64,000 nucleotides of DNA from Alphaproteobacteria bacterium (GTDB lineage Bacteria; Pseudomonadota; Alphaproteobacteria; JAAEOK01): positions 20,534 to 84,533 of the forward strand of contig JAAEOK010000033.1 in NCBI GenBank assembly GCA_024244705.1. Direction: 5' to 3'. Below, in pieces: positions 49,029 through 59,736 of the stretch (positions within the stretch are counted from its first letter, which is position 1; every line of letters begins with the position of its first letter). The notes below the pieces were generated by a model, which saw nothing but the letters and a program-made list of their open reading frames with translations, did no database searches and was not told where the DNA came from. Made by a program: the position numbers and the translations under genes.

Positions 49029-49762
49029 GCTTATCCCTGGAGCTGCTGGCGGCAGCGCTACTGCCGGTCCTGGTCATCCTGTGGTACGTGCGCCACCGCG
49101 ACGCCTTTCGCGAGCCGCCCCGGGTGGTCATGGCGACGTTCCTGCTCGGCATGGTGACGGTGACGCCGCTTCTCGCCGCCTGGTTTTTTATCGGCCGCGT
49201 GCTTTCCGATTTCAGCGATCCCTTCGTCTTCGCCGCCGCCGCCGCTTTCCTCGAGGCGGCGATCCCGGAAGAAGCGCTGAAATTCCTGGTGCTCTATTTC
49301 TACGCCGCACGCCACGATGCCTTCGACGAACCGATGGACGGAATCGTTTACGGTGTCGCCGCCTCGCTCGGTTTCGCCGGATTGGAAAACATCCTCTATG
49401 TCTCCGACGGCGGGTGGCAGGTGGCGATCGCGCGGGCGCTGACCGCGGTGCCGGCCCATGCCCTCGACGGCGTGCTGATGGGTTTCTATGTCGGCCTCGC
49501 CCATGTGATGCCGGCGCGACGGTCCGAATTCTTGGCCAAGGCTCTGGCCGTGCCGATCCTCTTCCACGGCCTCTACGACCTGCCGCTGATGCTGCTCAAC
49601 AGAAACGAAATGGCGGCCCGGGGCACCGAATACCTCGCCGATCAGCCGTGGGCGCTGGCGGCCATCGCTGTGTTGGTGGTCGAGGCGGTCGTGGCGCGGC
49701 ACCTCTATCGGCGGTTTCGGCTCATGCAGGACCGCCAAGTGGCGCGCCAGACCGTGGCCTGA
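49025..49762 (+). CDS. PrsW family intramembrane metalloprotease
   Basis: PEEALKFLVL (EExxK), GFAGLENILY and HALDGVLMG motifs. Its start overlaps the nth stop by 4 nt. Confidence 0.8.
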   Translation: MSLSLELLAAALLPVLVILWYVRHRDAFREPPRVVMATFLLGMVTVTPLLAAWFFIGRVLSDFSDPFVFAAAAAFLEAAIPEEALKFLVLYFYAARHDAFDEPMDGIVYGVAASLGFAGLENILYVSDGGWQVAIARALTAVPAHALDGVLMGFYVGLAHVMPARRSEFLAKALAVPILFHGLYDLPLMLLNRNEMAARGTEYLADQPWALAAIAVLVVEAVVARHLYRRFRLMQDRQVARQTVA

Positions 49763-49770
49763 ACGGCAAG

Positions 49771-50667
49771 CTAACTTCGCAGCACCGGGCGCGTCATACA
49801 GGTCGGGCCGCCTTCACAGGGAATACAGATCGCGTCGCCGGGGAAGGTGTCGATGCGACAGCCGGCGTCGACCAGGCGGCGGACGGTTTCCGGCGCGCCG
49901 TCGATCATCACACCATGGCGCGGCGCCACCGCGAGAATATTGAGACAGAGGCCCTTGGTCGCCGCGAATTCGTCGACCGGCGCCTCGACCGGGGTCACGC
50001 CCCGCGCGATGAGGAGCTGGTAGAGCGCGACCGGCAGCAGCGGCCGATAGATCAGCGCCAGGTCTTGGTCGAGCAGGCTGATCAGCGACATCAGGTGAAG
50101 GCAGGCCGCCTCGCCCTCCCACATCGGCAGATCGAAGGCGACGACCTCGACGCCGAGCGGCTCGAGGAGTGCGGCGAGCTGGTCGATCCCGGCTTGGTTG
50201 GTCCGGAAGCCGCGGCCGACGGTCAATGTGTCCCGATCGAGCCAGACACAGTCACCGCCTTCGACCCGCCCCGGATCGGCGATCCGCCCCAAGATCGGTA
50301 TGCCATGCCGGCGATAGGTGCGGTCGTGAAGCGCGACCTCGGGCTGGCGCAGCGCCTTGCCCATGTTGAGCAGCACCGCGCCGGCTGCGGTGACCAGCGA
50401 AGGATCGTGGGTGAAGACGGCATCGGCGAGACCGTCGCCGGCGTCGTCGGTCCACAGGATCTCGGCGCCGGTCGCCGCGACCAACGCGGCGAAGGCTTCG
50501 TATTGGGCGGCGAGTGCGGCGCCGTCGAGGGCCGCCGCATAGTGCCAAATCGCCGGGTCGGCGCCGGTCATCGCCGAATTCGGCCGGTGCATGATGACCC
50601 GCCTCAGCGGCGCGACCATGTCCTGAGCGCCGTAGCCCCCGATCGCCGTCTTGCGTAGCTCATTCAT
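49771..50667 (-). CDS. Guanidino-group modifying enzyme (dimethylarginine dimethylaminohydrolase / arginine deiminase-type amidinotransferase)
   Basis: Family-typical layout with the C-terminal catalytic Cys block EGGPTCMTRPV. 298 aa. Confidence 0.7.
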   Translation of the reverse strand: MNELRKTAIGGYGAQDMVAPLRRVIMHRPNSAMTGADPAIWHYAAALDGAALAAQYEAFAALVAATGAEILWTDDAGDGLADAVFTHDPSLVTAAGAVLLNMGKALRQPEVALHDRTYRRHGIPILGRIADPGRVEGGDCVWLDRDTLTVGRGFRTNQAGIDQLAALLEPLGVEVVAFDLPMWEGEAACLHLMSLISLLDQDLALIYRPLLPVALYQLLIARGVTPVEAPVDEFAATKGLCLNILAVAPRHGVMIDGAPETVRRLVDAGCRIDTFPGDAICIPCEGGPTCMTRPVLRS

Positions 50668-51280
50668 TTCCTTGTACCCGTTCCATGTCGGCGCGGTCGT
50701 CCACCAGCAGCGCCAATGCGTCCGCGGATGCGATCGCCGTGCAAAACTCGCCGTGCAAGTTGGCCACCGTGGTGCGGTGGATCAAATCCGGATCGAAATC
50801 GGTGCCGTCCGGCGCCAGCCGATTGGTGCAGGCGCAACCCTCGGGCACGAGGTAGGTGTCGAAACCCAGATTGCCCGCCATGCGCACGGTCGTCTCGACG
50901 CACATATTGGTGAAGAACCCCGCCACCACTAGGCGGTTGACGCCCCGTCGGCGCAACGCGAGCTCGAGATTGGTTCCGATGAACCCGCTGTTGACGTCTT
51001 TCCGGACCGTGATGTCATCCTCGCGGGGCTCGAACCCCTCCTTCAGCCGCCCGCCTGGTTGGGAGAGTTTGAGTGGCGAGGCCGCTTCACGCGAATCGTG
51101 GAGCGTGAAGGCAACGGGAAGCGCCTGCTGTCGCCAGCCGTCGAGAAGCCGCCGCATGGCCGCCTCCGCGTCCGGGTTGTTGCGCCGGGCGTTCGGCCCG
51201 CCCCAATAGGCGAGCGCGTCGACGCCCTGTTGCACGTCGACCAGCAACAACGCCGTTTCGGCACCGAATCTACGGATCAT
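50660..51280 (-). CDS. Isochorismatase-family cysteine hydrolase
   Basis: ALLLVDVQ N-terminal strand and VVAGFFTNMCVETT (catalytic Cys). Overlaps the downstream gene by 8 nt. Confidence 0.8.
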   Translation of the reverse strand: MIRRFGAETALLLVDVQQGVDALAYWGGPNARRNNPDAEAAMRRLLDGWRQQALPVAFTLHDSREAASPLKLSQPGGRLKEGFEPREDDITVRKDVNSGFIGTNLELALRRRGVNRLVVAGFFTNMCVETTVRMAGNLGFDTYLVPEGCACTNRLAPDGTDFDPDLIHRTTVANLHGEFCTAIASADALALLVDDRADMERVQGNE

Positions 51281-51304
51281 TCCAGCACTCCGGCGACAAC
51301 AGAT

Positions 51305-52450
51305 TCAATCGCGTGATTCGAAGCGCAGGACACGCAGCCGGCTTTCGTAGTCCTCCCGGTTCACATAGCAGCCGTGGAAGACCCGTTTGCCGGTGTAGCT
51401 CATGCGGCCATGGAGAACGCGCCAATTGTTGAAGATCAGCGCCATGCCGGGGCGCAGTCGGATCTTGAGCCAATTCGCCTGATCGCACAGGCGCCGATGA
51501 AGCTCGCCATAGGCCTGGTAGAACGCGGTCATCTCGGGCTCGGGAAGACAGAACGGCGCGCGGTCATAGTTGTTGAACGTAATCTGCACGAGCTCGCCGC
51601 GCGAATCCAACCGCAGCGGCGCCCGCTCGGCGTTCAGATAGACACCCGGCTCGACGTAGCGTCCCGGAACGATGACCCGGGTCAGGGTCTCGTAAGACGC
51701 GGGCGCATCGGCCGCGATCGATCGGGCGACCGCGAACCCGTCGACCAGGATGCTCTCGCCACCGCTGCCGTCGAATTCTGCACAGTTGAACATTTGCAGG
51801 CCGGGCGCATCGTGGCTGTAGGTGGCGTCCGTATGGGGCTCGAGATATTCGGTCGAATAGGCGGTGTCGGCGTGTTCCTCGAGTTCCGCCGACAGGGTCG
51901 ACACACCGCCGAAAATGGTCCGCCGGACATAGCCGACGCGGTTGGCGATCGCCGCCGTCGCCTCGACCGTCGCCGGCACGCCGTCGACCACGCAGAGCCC
52001 CCACACGTAAATATTCACCAGCATCTCGCGCAGGACCCGGTCGTCGGCCAGGAGCCCGTCATTGGCGACCATGGGCAGCGGGTCGGGCGCGTCCGCCGCC
52101 GTCCAATAGGCCGGGCTTTGCTCCGCTCCGACGTGATCCGGGCTGGGCGCAAGGTCTGCGATGGCGGCGAGGAACTCGGCCGAGTACTCGCTCGCGGCTT
52201 GGCCGTTGTTCCAGATTACGGCGAGGCGATCGCCGCCCTCCTCGATGCGGACGTCGACGCCATGGATATCGGCCGGAATGGCAAAGGTGTCGACGCGGCG
52301 CTGCAGCGTTCTCGGGTCGAGGCTGCCTTCGTCTTCGCCATGGTCGCACAGCCAGAACCAGGGAAACGTCGAATCACCCTCCGAACCGGCCCAGCGCACG
52401 CGCAAACCGGCGTCCGTCGGCCGTGCGTCGAGAAGTCTGAGCTCGGTCAT
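51305..52450 (-). CDS. TauD/TfdA-family Fe(II)/2OG dioxygenase, gamma-butyrobetaine hydroxylase-like
   Basis: N-terminal DUF971-like segment (LRVRWAGSEGDSTFPWFWLCDH), HTD iron triad element (EPHTDATY), and NNWRVLHGR. Confidence 0.8.
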   Translation of the reverse strand: MTELRLLDARPTDAGLRVRWAGSEGDSTFPWFWLCDHGEDEGSLDPRTLQRRVDTFAIPADIHGVDVRIEEGGDRLAVIWNNGQAASEYSAEFLAAIADLAPSPDHVGAEQSPAYWTAADAPDPLPMVANDGLLADDRVLREMLVNIYVWGLCVVDGVPATVEATAAIANRVGYVRRTIFGGVSTLSAELEEHADTAYSTEYLEPHTDATYSHDAPGLQMFNCAEFDGSGGESILVDGFAVARSIAADAPASYETLTRVIVPGRYVEPGVYLNAERAPLRLDSRGELVQITFNNYDRAPFCLPEPEMTAFYQAYGELHRRLCDQANWLKIRLRPGMALIFNNWRVLHGRMSYTGKRVFHGCYVNREDYESRLRVLRFESRD

Positions 52451-52577
52451 GGCGCACCACCTTTGCCTTGTCCAAAGAAGTCAAATGCAGTAATTGTACG
52501 AATGTACAATTCCAACAAACGCTCGTCAACAGGGTGCGCGATCACCCGATCGACGAAACGCGGAGAGGCAGGGCCCG

Positions 52578-53228
52578 ATGGCCGGCGATACGGTCAAATT
52601 CCGCCGCAAAGGCGAAGAGCGCCGTCGCCAGGCCTTCGTCGAGGCGACCCTCGACTGTCTTGCCGCGCACGGCTACCACGGCACCACGGTGCGCAAGATC
52701 GCGGCGCTGGCGGGGGTCGCCCCGGGCCTGCTCACCCATTATTTCAGCGGCAAGGAAGCGGTCGTCGGCGAAGCCTATCGAATATTGGCGGCGCGCCTGC
52801 TGCGGCAATGTCTCGACGAGGCGGAGCAGGCCGGCGAGGCCCCCATTGCCCGGCTGCGCGGATTCGTCCTGGCGTGTTTTCAGACCCCGAGCCTAGATCC
52901 CAATCTGCTTCGCGTCTGGGTCAATTTCTGGGCGCTGACCTATACCCATGACACCATTCGCGCGGCCCATGCGGAAACCTACGGCGCCTACCGGCGGGCG
53001 CTGACCGGGCTGATCGCCGATGTCCTCGCCGCGGCGGGGCGCCCGGTCGCCGGGCCCGAACTGGCGCGGCTCGCGATCGGCGCCAATGCCGTGCTCGACG
53101 GCTTGTGGCTCGAATACTGCCTCGATCCCAGCGCGTTCAAGACGGAAGATGCAGGCCGTATCGCCTGCCATTATGTCGGCAGCGCCCTCGGCGTCGACCT
53201 GTCGCCAGCCGCCAATCCGAAATCGTGA
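52578..53228 (+). CDS. TetR/AcrR family transcriptional regulator (BetI-like)
   Basis: HTH region FVEATLDCLAAHGYHGTTVRKIAALAGVAPGLLTHYF. GGAGAGG SD upstream of ATG 52578. Confidence 0.85.
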   Translation: MAGDTVKFRRKGEERRRQAFVEATLDCLAAHGYHGTTVRKIAALAGVAPGLLTHYFSGKEAVVGEAYRILAARLLRQCLDEAEQAGEAPIARLRGFVLACFQTPSLDPNLLRVWVNFWALTYTHDTIRAAHAETYGAYRRALTGLIADVLAAAGRPVAGPELARLAIGANAVLDGLWLEYCLDPSAFKTEDAGRIACHYVGSALGVDLSPAANPKS

Positions 53229-53341
53229 CACCGGGCGTGTGACGTCCAGCGGATGGCGCACACGATAGCCATCAAGGATCGGGCCTTGTGACAGGCGGCA
53301 AGTTGCGCCAATAGTCGTCCTTTCGATGTACAAACGGGCCG

Positions 53342-56300
53342 ATGACCGTCACCAGCTTCGATACCGCGCCGCCGCGCCTCGATAGTTCCGCGCTGGCGGA
53401 CATCGCCGCCACCCATTTCGGTATAGACGGCGCGATCGAGACCCTCGATTCGGAACGCGACCAGAATGCGCGGATATGCTGCATCGATTCGGACTCTTAT
53501 GTCCTGAAAATCGCCAATTCGGCAGAAAGCCTGGAATTCCTCACCATGCAGAACGCTGCGCTGCGGCATCTCGCGGACCGCGATCCGGCGCTCGGCGTGC
53601 CCCGCGTCTGCCCGGCCCGAGACGGTAACGGACTCGCCACCCTCGGCGACGGCGACGGCAATCTGGTCCGAATGTTGACCTACCTGCCCGGCACCGTTCT
53701 CAAGGAGGCGCCCAAATCGCCCCGCCTGCTCACGAACCTCGGACGTTTCATGGGGCGGGTGGACAGCGCCCTTCAGGGCTTCATGCATCCGGCCGCGATT
53801 CGCCCCGACTTCCTGTGGAACCTCGACAATGCCGCCGCCTGCCGAGACTACGTCGAGGCCATCGAACCGCCGGAAGACCGCGCTCTCGTGGCGACGGTTT
53901 TCGATCGCTACGAGGCCGTCGTTGGCCCGCGCTTAGGCGGGCTGCGCTGCGCGGTCATTCATCAGGACGCCAACGATTACAACGTCCTGGTCGATGCGGC
54001 CGACCCCGAGGAAATCACCGGCCTGATCGATTTCGGCGACATGGTCTGGGGTCGGCAGATCAATGACCTCGCGGTCACCCTCGCCTACGCGCTGCTCGAT
54101 CACACCGATCCGCTGGCGGGTGCCGGCCACGTCGCCGCCGGCTATCACGACGTCTTTCCGCTGCAAGAAGCCGAGTTGGCGGTATTGATGGACCTCGTCG
54201 CGCTGCGGCTGGCGATGAGCGTCTGCATCTCCTCGCACCGCGGCGCCGCGCACCCCGACAATGAGTACCTGCTGATCAGCCGGCGACCGGCCCTCGAACT
54301 GTTGCGCCGCCTGGCTGGCATCAATCCGGATTTCGCCCATTTCACACTCCGCGACCGGTGCGGCTATCCAGCCGTGCCGCGGGGGGCCGAAGTGGCCGGT
54401 TGGCTGGCCGAGAACCGGGCCCGTTTTGCCCCCGTCCTCGGCACCGACCTGCGACGGGCGCGCAAGATCTATTTGCCGATGACCGATGGGGCGCCGGGCG
54501 TGGAGCATGCCGCCGACCCGGCCGCCTATACCGAATTCGTCGCCGACTGGCTGGCGCGGCATGATGCCGATTTCGCAATCGGCGGATACGGCGAGGACCG
54601 CGCGGTCTATCTCGGCCCGCAGTTCTCCTCGGATGACGGCTCGGCGACGCGGACCGTCCACCTCGGCATCGATCTGTTCGGCCCCCGCCGGCATCCGGTG
54701 CACGCCCCGATCGCTGGCCGGGTCATCAGCGCGGTCGACAACGCCGCGCCCTACGATTACGGCCCGACGATCATCCTCGAACACCCGACCCTTCCGGACG
54801 GCCCCCGCTTCTGGACCCTTTACGGACATCTCAGCCGCGACAGCCTCGACGGACTCGCGCCCGGGACCGACGTCGCGACGGGCGACCGCATCGGTTGGTT
54901 CGGCGAGCCCGACGAGAACGGCGGCTGGGCGCCCCACCTCCATTTCCAAATCATGACCGACCTGTTGGGCCTGGATGGAAACTTTCCCGGGGTCGGGGAA
55001 CGGCAACGCATTGCGGTGTGGCGCGCGATCTGCCCCGACCCCAATCTGGTTCTCGGCCTGCCGCCGGAGGCACTCGGTCCTCCCGGCCGCGATCACGATC
55101 GCCTGCGCGCGGCTCGGCAGCAACGGCTCGGACCCTCGCTCAGCCTCAGTTACAGCCATCCGCTCGAGATCGTCCGCGGCGACGGCGTGTGGCTGATCGA
55201 CCACCGCGGGCGCGCCTATCTCGATTGCGTCAACAACATTTGCCACGTCGGCCATTGCCACCCCCATGTGGTCGCGGCGCTCGGCCACCAAGCCACGATG
55301 CTCAACACCAATACCCGCTACCTCCATGAAACGGTCGTCGATTATGCCGCCCGCCTGACGGCGCTCCTGCCCGAGCCGCTCGGCGTCTGTTTCTTCGTCT
55401 GTTCGGGGAGCGAGGCCAACGAGTTGGCGGTGCGCCTGGCACGCACCCATACCGGTCGCGGCGACGCCGTCGTGCTCGACGGCGCCTATCACGGCAACAC
55501 GTCGACGCTGGTCGGCCTCAGCCCCTACAAGTGCGAAGGGCCCGGCGGCCAGGGCTTGAAGCCCGATGTCCACAAGGTCGCCATGCCCGACCCCTATCGC
55601 GGACCTCATCGCGGCATGACCCCGGCCACCGGCCAGGCCTATGCCGAGGACGTGACGCGAACCGTCGACGCGTTGACCGGCGCCAACACGCCGCCGGCGT
55701 TCCTGATCGCCGAATCCCTGTTGAGCTGCGGCGGACAGATCGAGCTCCCGCCGGGATACTTGAAGGCCGCTTATGCCGCGGTCCGTGGCGCCGGCGGGGT
55801 CACCATTGCCGACGAGGTCCAGGTCGGTTTTGGCCGCGTCGGCAGTGCCATGTGGGGCTTCGAGACCCAAGGCGTGGTGCCCGACATCGTCACCCTCGGC
55901 AAGCCGATCGGCAACGGCCATCCGCTGGCCTGCGTGGTCACCTCGCCGGCGATCGCCCGATCGTTCGCCAACGGCATGGAGTATTTCAATTCGTTCGGCG
56001 GCAACCCGGTCTCCTGCGCCGTCGGCATGGCCGTTCTCGACGTGATCGAAAACGAGCACCTGCAAGACAATGCGCGCCAGGTCGGCAAATATCTCCTCGA
56101 GCGCCTGCGCGGCCTCCGGACCTCTCATGCCATGATCGGCGACGTCCGCGGGCTCGGTCTCTTTGTCGGCGTCGAGCTGGTCACCGACCGGACGACGCGG
56201 GATCCAGCGACCGCGGCCGCCAAAGCGGTGGTCAATCGGGCCAAGGACATGGGCGTGCTGCTGTCGACCGACGGCCCCTTCGACAATGTCATCAAGATCA

Positions 56301-56380
56301 AGCCGCCGCTGGTCTTCTCGCGCGCCAACGCCAACCTGTTAGTCGACACGCTCGATCGGGCCTTGGCTTTGGAAATTTGA
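53342..56380 (+). CDS. Tri-domain fusion: APH/homoserine-kinase-II-like kinase, M23 (LytM) peptidase-like domain, class III PLP aminotransferase-fold domain
   Basis: N-terminal APH-type catalytic loop [13 protein letters not shown] and IDFGD. The middle domain has HLGIDL (H440) and PHLHFQI (H532/H534). The C-terminal domain has [38 protein letters not shown] (PLP Lys) and a class III aminotransferase layout. No signal peptide. Confidence 0.85.
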   Translation: MTVTSFDTAPPRLDSSALADIAATHFGIDGAIETLDSERDQNARICCIDSDSYVLKIANSAESLEFLTMQNAALRHLADRDPALGVPRVCPARDGNGLATLGDGDGNLVRMLTYLPGTVLKEAPKSPRLLTNLGRFMGRVDSALQGFMHPAAIRPDFLWNLDNAAACRDYVEAIEPPEDRALVATVFDRYEAVVGPRLGGLRCAVIHQDANDYNVLVDAADPEEITGLIDFGDMVWGRQINDLAVTLAYALLDHTDPLAGAGHVAAGYHDVFPLQEAELAVLMDLVALRLAMSVCISSHRGAAHPDNEYLLISRRPALELLRRLAGINPDFAHFTLRDRCGYPAVPRGAEVAGWLAENRARFAPVLGTDLRRARKIYLPMTDGAPGVEHAADPAAYTEFVADWLARHDADFAIGGYGEDRAVYLGPQFSSDDGSATRTVHLGIDLFGPRRHPVHAPIAGRVISAVDNAAPYDYGPTIILEHPTLPDGPRFWTLYGHLSRDSLDGLAPGTDVATGDRIGWFGEPDENGGWAPHLHFQIMTDLLGLDGNFPGVGERQRIAVWRAICPDPNLVLGLPPEALGPPGRDHDRLRAARQQRLGPSLSLSYSHPLEIVRGDGVWLIDHRGRAYLDCVNNICHVGHCHPHVVAALGHQATMLNTNTRYLHETVVDYAARLTALLPEPLGVCFFVCSGSEANELAVRLARTHTGRGDAVVLDGAYHGNTSTLVGLSPYKCEGPGGQGLKPDVHKVAMPDPYRGPHRGMTPATGQAYAEDVTRTVDALTGANTPPAFLIAESLLSCGGQIELPPGYLKAAYAAVRGAGGVTIADEVQVGFGRVGSAMWGFETQGVVPDIVTLGKPIGNGHPLACVVTSPAIARSFANGMEYFNSFGGNPVSCAVGMAVLDVIENEHLQDNARQVGKYLLERLRGLRTSHAMIGDVRGLGLFVGVELVTDRTTRDPATAAAKAVVNRAKDMGVLLSTDGPFDNVIKIKPPLVFSRANANLLVDTLDRALALEI

Positions 56381-57187
56381 TCAGGCGCGGCCGATATCGT
56401 CGTCGCCGATCGACGGGATCGCGCCGCATAGCGCGCAGGCCGGGTCGCGCTTGACGGTCAGCGTCGTAAAACTTCCCGCCAAGCCGTCATAGAGCAGCAA
56501 GCGCCCGGAGAGCGATTGACCGAGGCTGAGGATTTCCTTGAGGACTTCGGTCGCCTGCAGCGACCCCACGACGCCGGCGACGGCGCCGAATATCCCCGCC
56601 TCCTCGCAGCGCGGGACCAGATCGGCGGGCGGCCTGTCGGGAAACAGGCAGCGGTAGCAGGGATGCTCACCCTCCACATAAGCCTTGAAGGTCGAGAGCT
56701 GGCCGTCGAACCGCAGCAAGGCGCCGCCGACCAAGGTCTTGGCGGCGAAAAAGCAGGCGTCGTTCAGCACGTAGCGGGTGGTGAAGTTGTCGCTGCCGTC
56801 GGCGACCAGATCGTAGTCGTCGATGATGTCGGCGGCGTTTTCGGCGGTCAGGCGGCGGTTGTAAGGCCGGACCAGGATTTCCGGATTGATCGCCGCCACC
56901 GCCTCGACCGCGCAATCGACCTTGGGCCGCCCCAACTGGTCGGTGCGGAACAGCACTTGGCGTTGGAGATTCGAGAGTTCGACGGCGTCGTCGTCGATGA
57001 TTCCCAGTGTGCCCACGCCGGCCGCCGCCAGGTATTGGATCAGCGGCGCGCCGAGGCCGCCGGCGCCGACGACCAGGACTTTCGCCTGCAACAACCGCGC
57101 CTGGCCCTCCTCGCCGACCTCATCGAGAATGACATGGCGGGCATAACGGTGCAGCTGGGCGTCGGATATTTCCATCTTTCCATCCAT
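56381..57187 (-). CDS. moeB: HesA/MoeB/ThiF family adenylyltransferase (molybdopterin-synthase adenylyltransferase-like)
   Basis: [31 protein letters not shown] plus the CxxC pairs CYRC and CALC. Confidence 0.8.
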   Translation of the reverse strand: MDGKMEISDAQLHRYARHVILDEVGEEGQARLLQAKVLVVGAGGLGAPLIQYLAAAGVGTLGIIDDDAVELSNLQRQVLFRTDQLGRPKVDCAVEAVAAINPEILVRPYNRRLTAENAADIIDDYDLVADGSDNFTTRYVLNDACFFAAKTLVGGALLRFDGQLSTFKAYVEGEHPCYRCLFPDRPPADLVPRCEEAGIFGAVAGVVGSLQATEVLKEILSLGQSLSGRLLLYDGLAGSFTTLTVKRDPACALCGAIPSIGDDDIGRA

Positions 57188-57202
57188 GCAGCCGGCGCCC
57201 GG

Positions 57203-57655
57203 TTAGGACGTGCCCGTGGATCCGAAGCCGCCGCCGCCGCGACCGCTTTCGGGCAGCGCTTCGGTTTCCGCCCAAACCACCGCCGCCACCGGCGCCACCA
57301 CCAGCTGGGCGATCCGCATGCCACGGCCGATGGTGAACGGCGCCTCGCCGGCATTGATCAGGATGACCTGCACTTCGCCGCGATAATCGGCGTCGATCGT
57401 ACCCGGACTGTTGGCGACCATGATGCCGTGCTTGAGGGCCAGCCCACTACGGGGTCGGACCTGGGCCTCGTATCCGGCCGGCAAGGCGAGCGCGATTCCG
57501 GTCGGTACCAGAGCGCGCCCGCCCGGCGTCAGCACGAGATCGGTCGCCACCGCGGCGGCCAAGTCCATCCCCGCGGCCCGGTCCGTCGCGTACGCGGGTA
57601 AGGGCAGGTCGGCGCCGTGCGGCAGGCGCCGCACCGTCACCTCGACCGCATTCAT
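57203..57655 (-). CDS. dut: dUTP diphosphatase
   Basis: Internal ATG 57655 overlaps the coaBC stop (ATGA). Motifs [16 protein letters not shown] and [10 protein letters not shown]. Confidence 0.93.
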   Translation of the reverse strand: MNAVEVTVRRLPHGADLPLPAYATDRAAGMDLAAAVATDLVLTPGGRALVPTGIALALPAGYEAQVRPRSGLALKHGIMVANSPGTIDADYRGEVQVILINAGEAPFTIGRGMRIAQLVVAPVAAVVWAETEALPESGRGGGGFGSTGTS

Positions 57656-58857
57656 GAACCATCCTTGAAGTGATCGGCGACCCGCCGGCCGAGCCGCTCG
57701 GCGACGTCGGTCTTGCTCAAGCTTGGCCACGGTTCGTCGAAATCGGCACCGATCAGGTGAACCGTATTGGCGTCACCGCCGAAGGTGCCGGTCGCCGGCG
57801 ATACGTCGTTGGCCAGAATCCAGTCGCATGCCTTGCGCGTGAGCTTGGCCCGCGCGTTCTCGACCACGGACTCGGTCTCGGCGGCGAATCCGACGACAAG
57901 GGCGGGCCGTTGGTTTCCGGACCGGGCCAGGGTGGCAAGGATGTCCGGGTTCTCGGTCAACGACAAATCGGGCGGGCCGCCGCCGTTCTTTTTCAGCTTG
58001 TTCTCCGCGATCCCGTCGGACCGCCAATCGCTGACCGCGGCGGCGCAAACCGCGACGTCGACCGGCAGCGCGGCCTCGCAGGCGGCGAGCATGTCGCGCG
58101 CCGATTCGATATGGACGACGTCGACGCCGGCCGGATCGGCTTCGCGGGTCGGCCCGGCAACCAGCACCGTCGCCGCGCCGAGCCGGGACAACGCGGCGGC
58201 GATGGCATGCCCCTGCTTGCCCGACGAGCGGTTGGCGATGTAGCGCACCGGGTCGATCGCCTCGACGGTCGGCCCGCTGGTCACCAAAGCGCGGCGGCCG
58301 GACAACGGCGCGTCGCTGTGAAAATAGTCCTCGATGGCGGCGATGATGGCTTCGGGCTCCGCCATCCGTCCCATGCCAAATTCGCCGCATGCCATATCGC
58401 CCTCGACCGGCCCGGCGAAACGGACACCGCGCGCGCCAAGGGTCGAGATATTGGCTTGGGTCGCCGCATGGTGCCACATGCGGACATTCATGGCCGGGGC
58501 GGCCAAGACGTCCTTGTCGGTTGCCAGCAGCAACGTGGTCGCCAGATCGTCGGCCTGCCCGTGGGCCATCTTGGCCAGGATATCGGCGCTGGCCGGTACC
58601 ACGGCGACGAGGTCGGCGGCGCGCGACAGGCGGATATGTCCCATTTCGCTTTCGTCGGTGAGCGAGAACAGGTCAGTGTGGACTTTTTCCTCGCTCAACG
58701 CGGCGAGCGACAACGGGGTGACGAATTCGGCGCCGCCCCTGGTCAGGACACAACGAACCGACGCGCCCCGTTCGCGCAGCCGACGGATCAGGTCGAGGCT
58801 CTTATAGGCCGCGATCCCACCCGAAACGATGAGTAGAATTCGCTTACCCTTCAACAT
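57652..58857 (-). CDS. coaBC: Bifunctional phosphopantothenoylcysteine decarboxylase / phosphopantothenate-cysteine ligase
   Basis: [19 protein letters not shown] flavoprotein N-terminus and the CoaB block [25 protein letters not shown]. Confidence 0.93.
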   Translation of the reverse strand: MLKGKRILLIVSGGIAAYKSLDLIRRLRERGASVRCVLTRGGAEFVTPLSLAALSEEKVHTDLFSLTDESEMGHIRLSRAADLVAVVPASADILAKMAHGQADDLATTLLLATDKDVLAAPAMNVRMWHHAATQANISTLGARGVRFAGPVEGDMACGEFGMGRMAEPEAIIAAIEDYFHSDAPLSGRRALVTSGPTVEAIDPVRYIANRSSGKQGHAIAAALSRLGAATVLVAGPTREADPAGVDVVHIESARDMLAACEAALPVDVAVCAAAVSDWRSDGIAENKLKKNGGGPPDLSLTENPDILATLARSGNQRPALVVGFAAETESVVENARAKLTRKACDWILANDVSPATGTFGGDANTVHLIGADFDEPWPSLSKTDVAERLGRRVADHFKDGS

Positions 58858-58980
58858 CTTGCCCTCATGGGACACCATTTCCGAAGCTTAACCTAGTGCC
58901 GCCGGCAGGCTGGGGCAATGGCGGATCGGTCGGGCGTCGAAGGCCGGTTGCGGCGGGCTTCCGGTATTCGGCCCGGCCGC

Positions 58981-59634
58981 CTACTTGTCCTTGGCGGCGT
59001 TGGCCACCGCGACCATGCTCCAGCCGCTGAACACGAGCTGAATGCCGACCAGAAGGCCGATCGCCCAGGCGGCCGAGGACGGCCACTCGCCCCAGATCAG
59101 CAACCCGACCACGATCGTCGCGATGGCGCCGGCAAGCATCCAGCCCCAGCCATCGGTCGGCCGCGCCCGAACCGCGATGATGCAGCGCAATATTCCCTCG
59201 ACGACGAAGATGACACCGAGCAGCAGGGTGAGCGTCAGCACGCCTTGGAGCGGGAACAGAAGCAGGATCACGCCGGCAGCGAGATAGAGGATGCCGCTGA
59301 TGACCGCCATGACGACTTCCTGCCACCCCTTGCAGCGAAACGCATGGATCAGCGTCGCGATACCGCCGACCGCCAGCAGCCAACCGACCAGCAGTTCGAC
59401 CGCCAGCGACGCGATCTGCGGGACGATGATCGCCGCGCTGCCGAGGACGATCCAGACGACGCCGAGCACGAGAAACCAGTTTCGGTGCTGCTTGACCAGA
59501 TCCTCGAAGGCGTGGACGAGTTTTTCGGGCGTGTCGGCGATTCCGCCGAGCGCGCCCGACGCCTGGTCGGTGGTCTCGGCCTTTGGTTCGGAAGCGGCCG
59601 GCTCCGGCTTGTCCGGCGGATCTTGATTGGTCAT
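58981..59634 (-). CDS. HdeD/DUF308 family membrane protein
   Basis: Six-TM DUF308 pattern (WFLVLGVVWIVLGSAAI...GILRCIIAV...). ATG 59634 preferred. Confidence 0.7.
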   Translation of the reverse strand: MTNQDPPDKPEPAASEPKAETTDQASGALGGIADTPEKLVHAFEDLVKQHRNWFLVLGVVWIVLGSAAIIVPQIASLAVELLVGWLLAVGGIATLIHAFRCKGWQEVVMAVISGILYLAAGVILLLFPLQGVLTLTLLLGVIFVVEGILRCIIAVRARPTDGWGWMLAGAIATIVVGLLIWGEWPSSAAWAIGLLVGIQLVFSGWSMVAVANAAKDK

Positions 59635-59736
59635 CGGTTGGGTCCTGCTCGATCGGTGAGGTGAATTCAATTGTAGGAATGGAGTCTAGCACAGAACAAG
59701 GTTGCTACGGGAGCATACCGGACCGCGGGCCAAGGG

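Noticed and set aside
48934-50658. 574-aa ORF on the plus strand
   Set aside because: It is out of frame with PrsW and antisense to the DDAH-type gene. The product is Arg/Pro-rich with no motifs.
53933-56128. 731-aa ORF on the minus strand
   Set aside because: It is antisense to the tri-domain fusion gene, whose three domains all carry diagnostic motifs.
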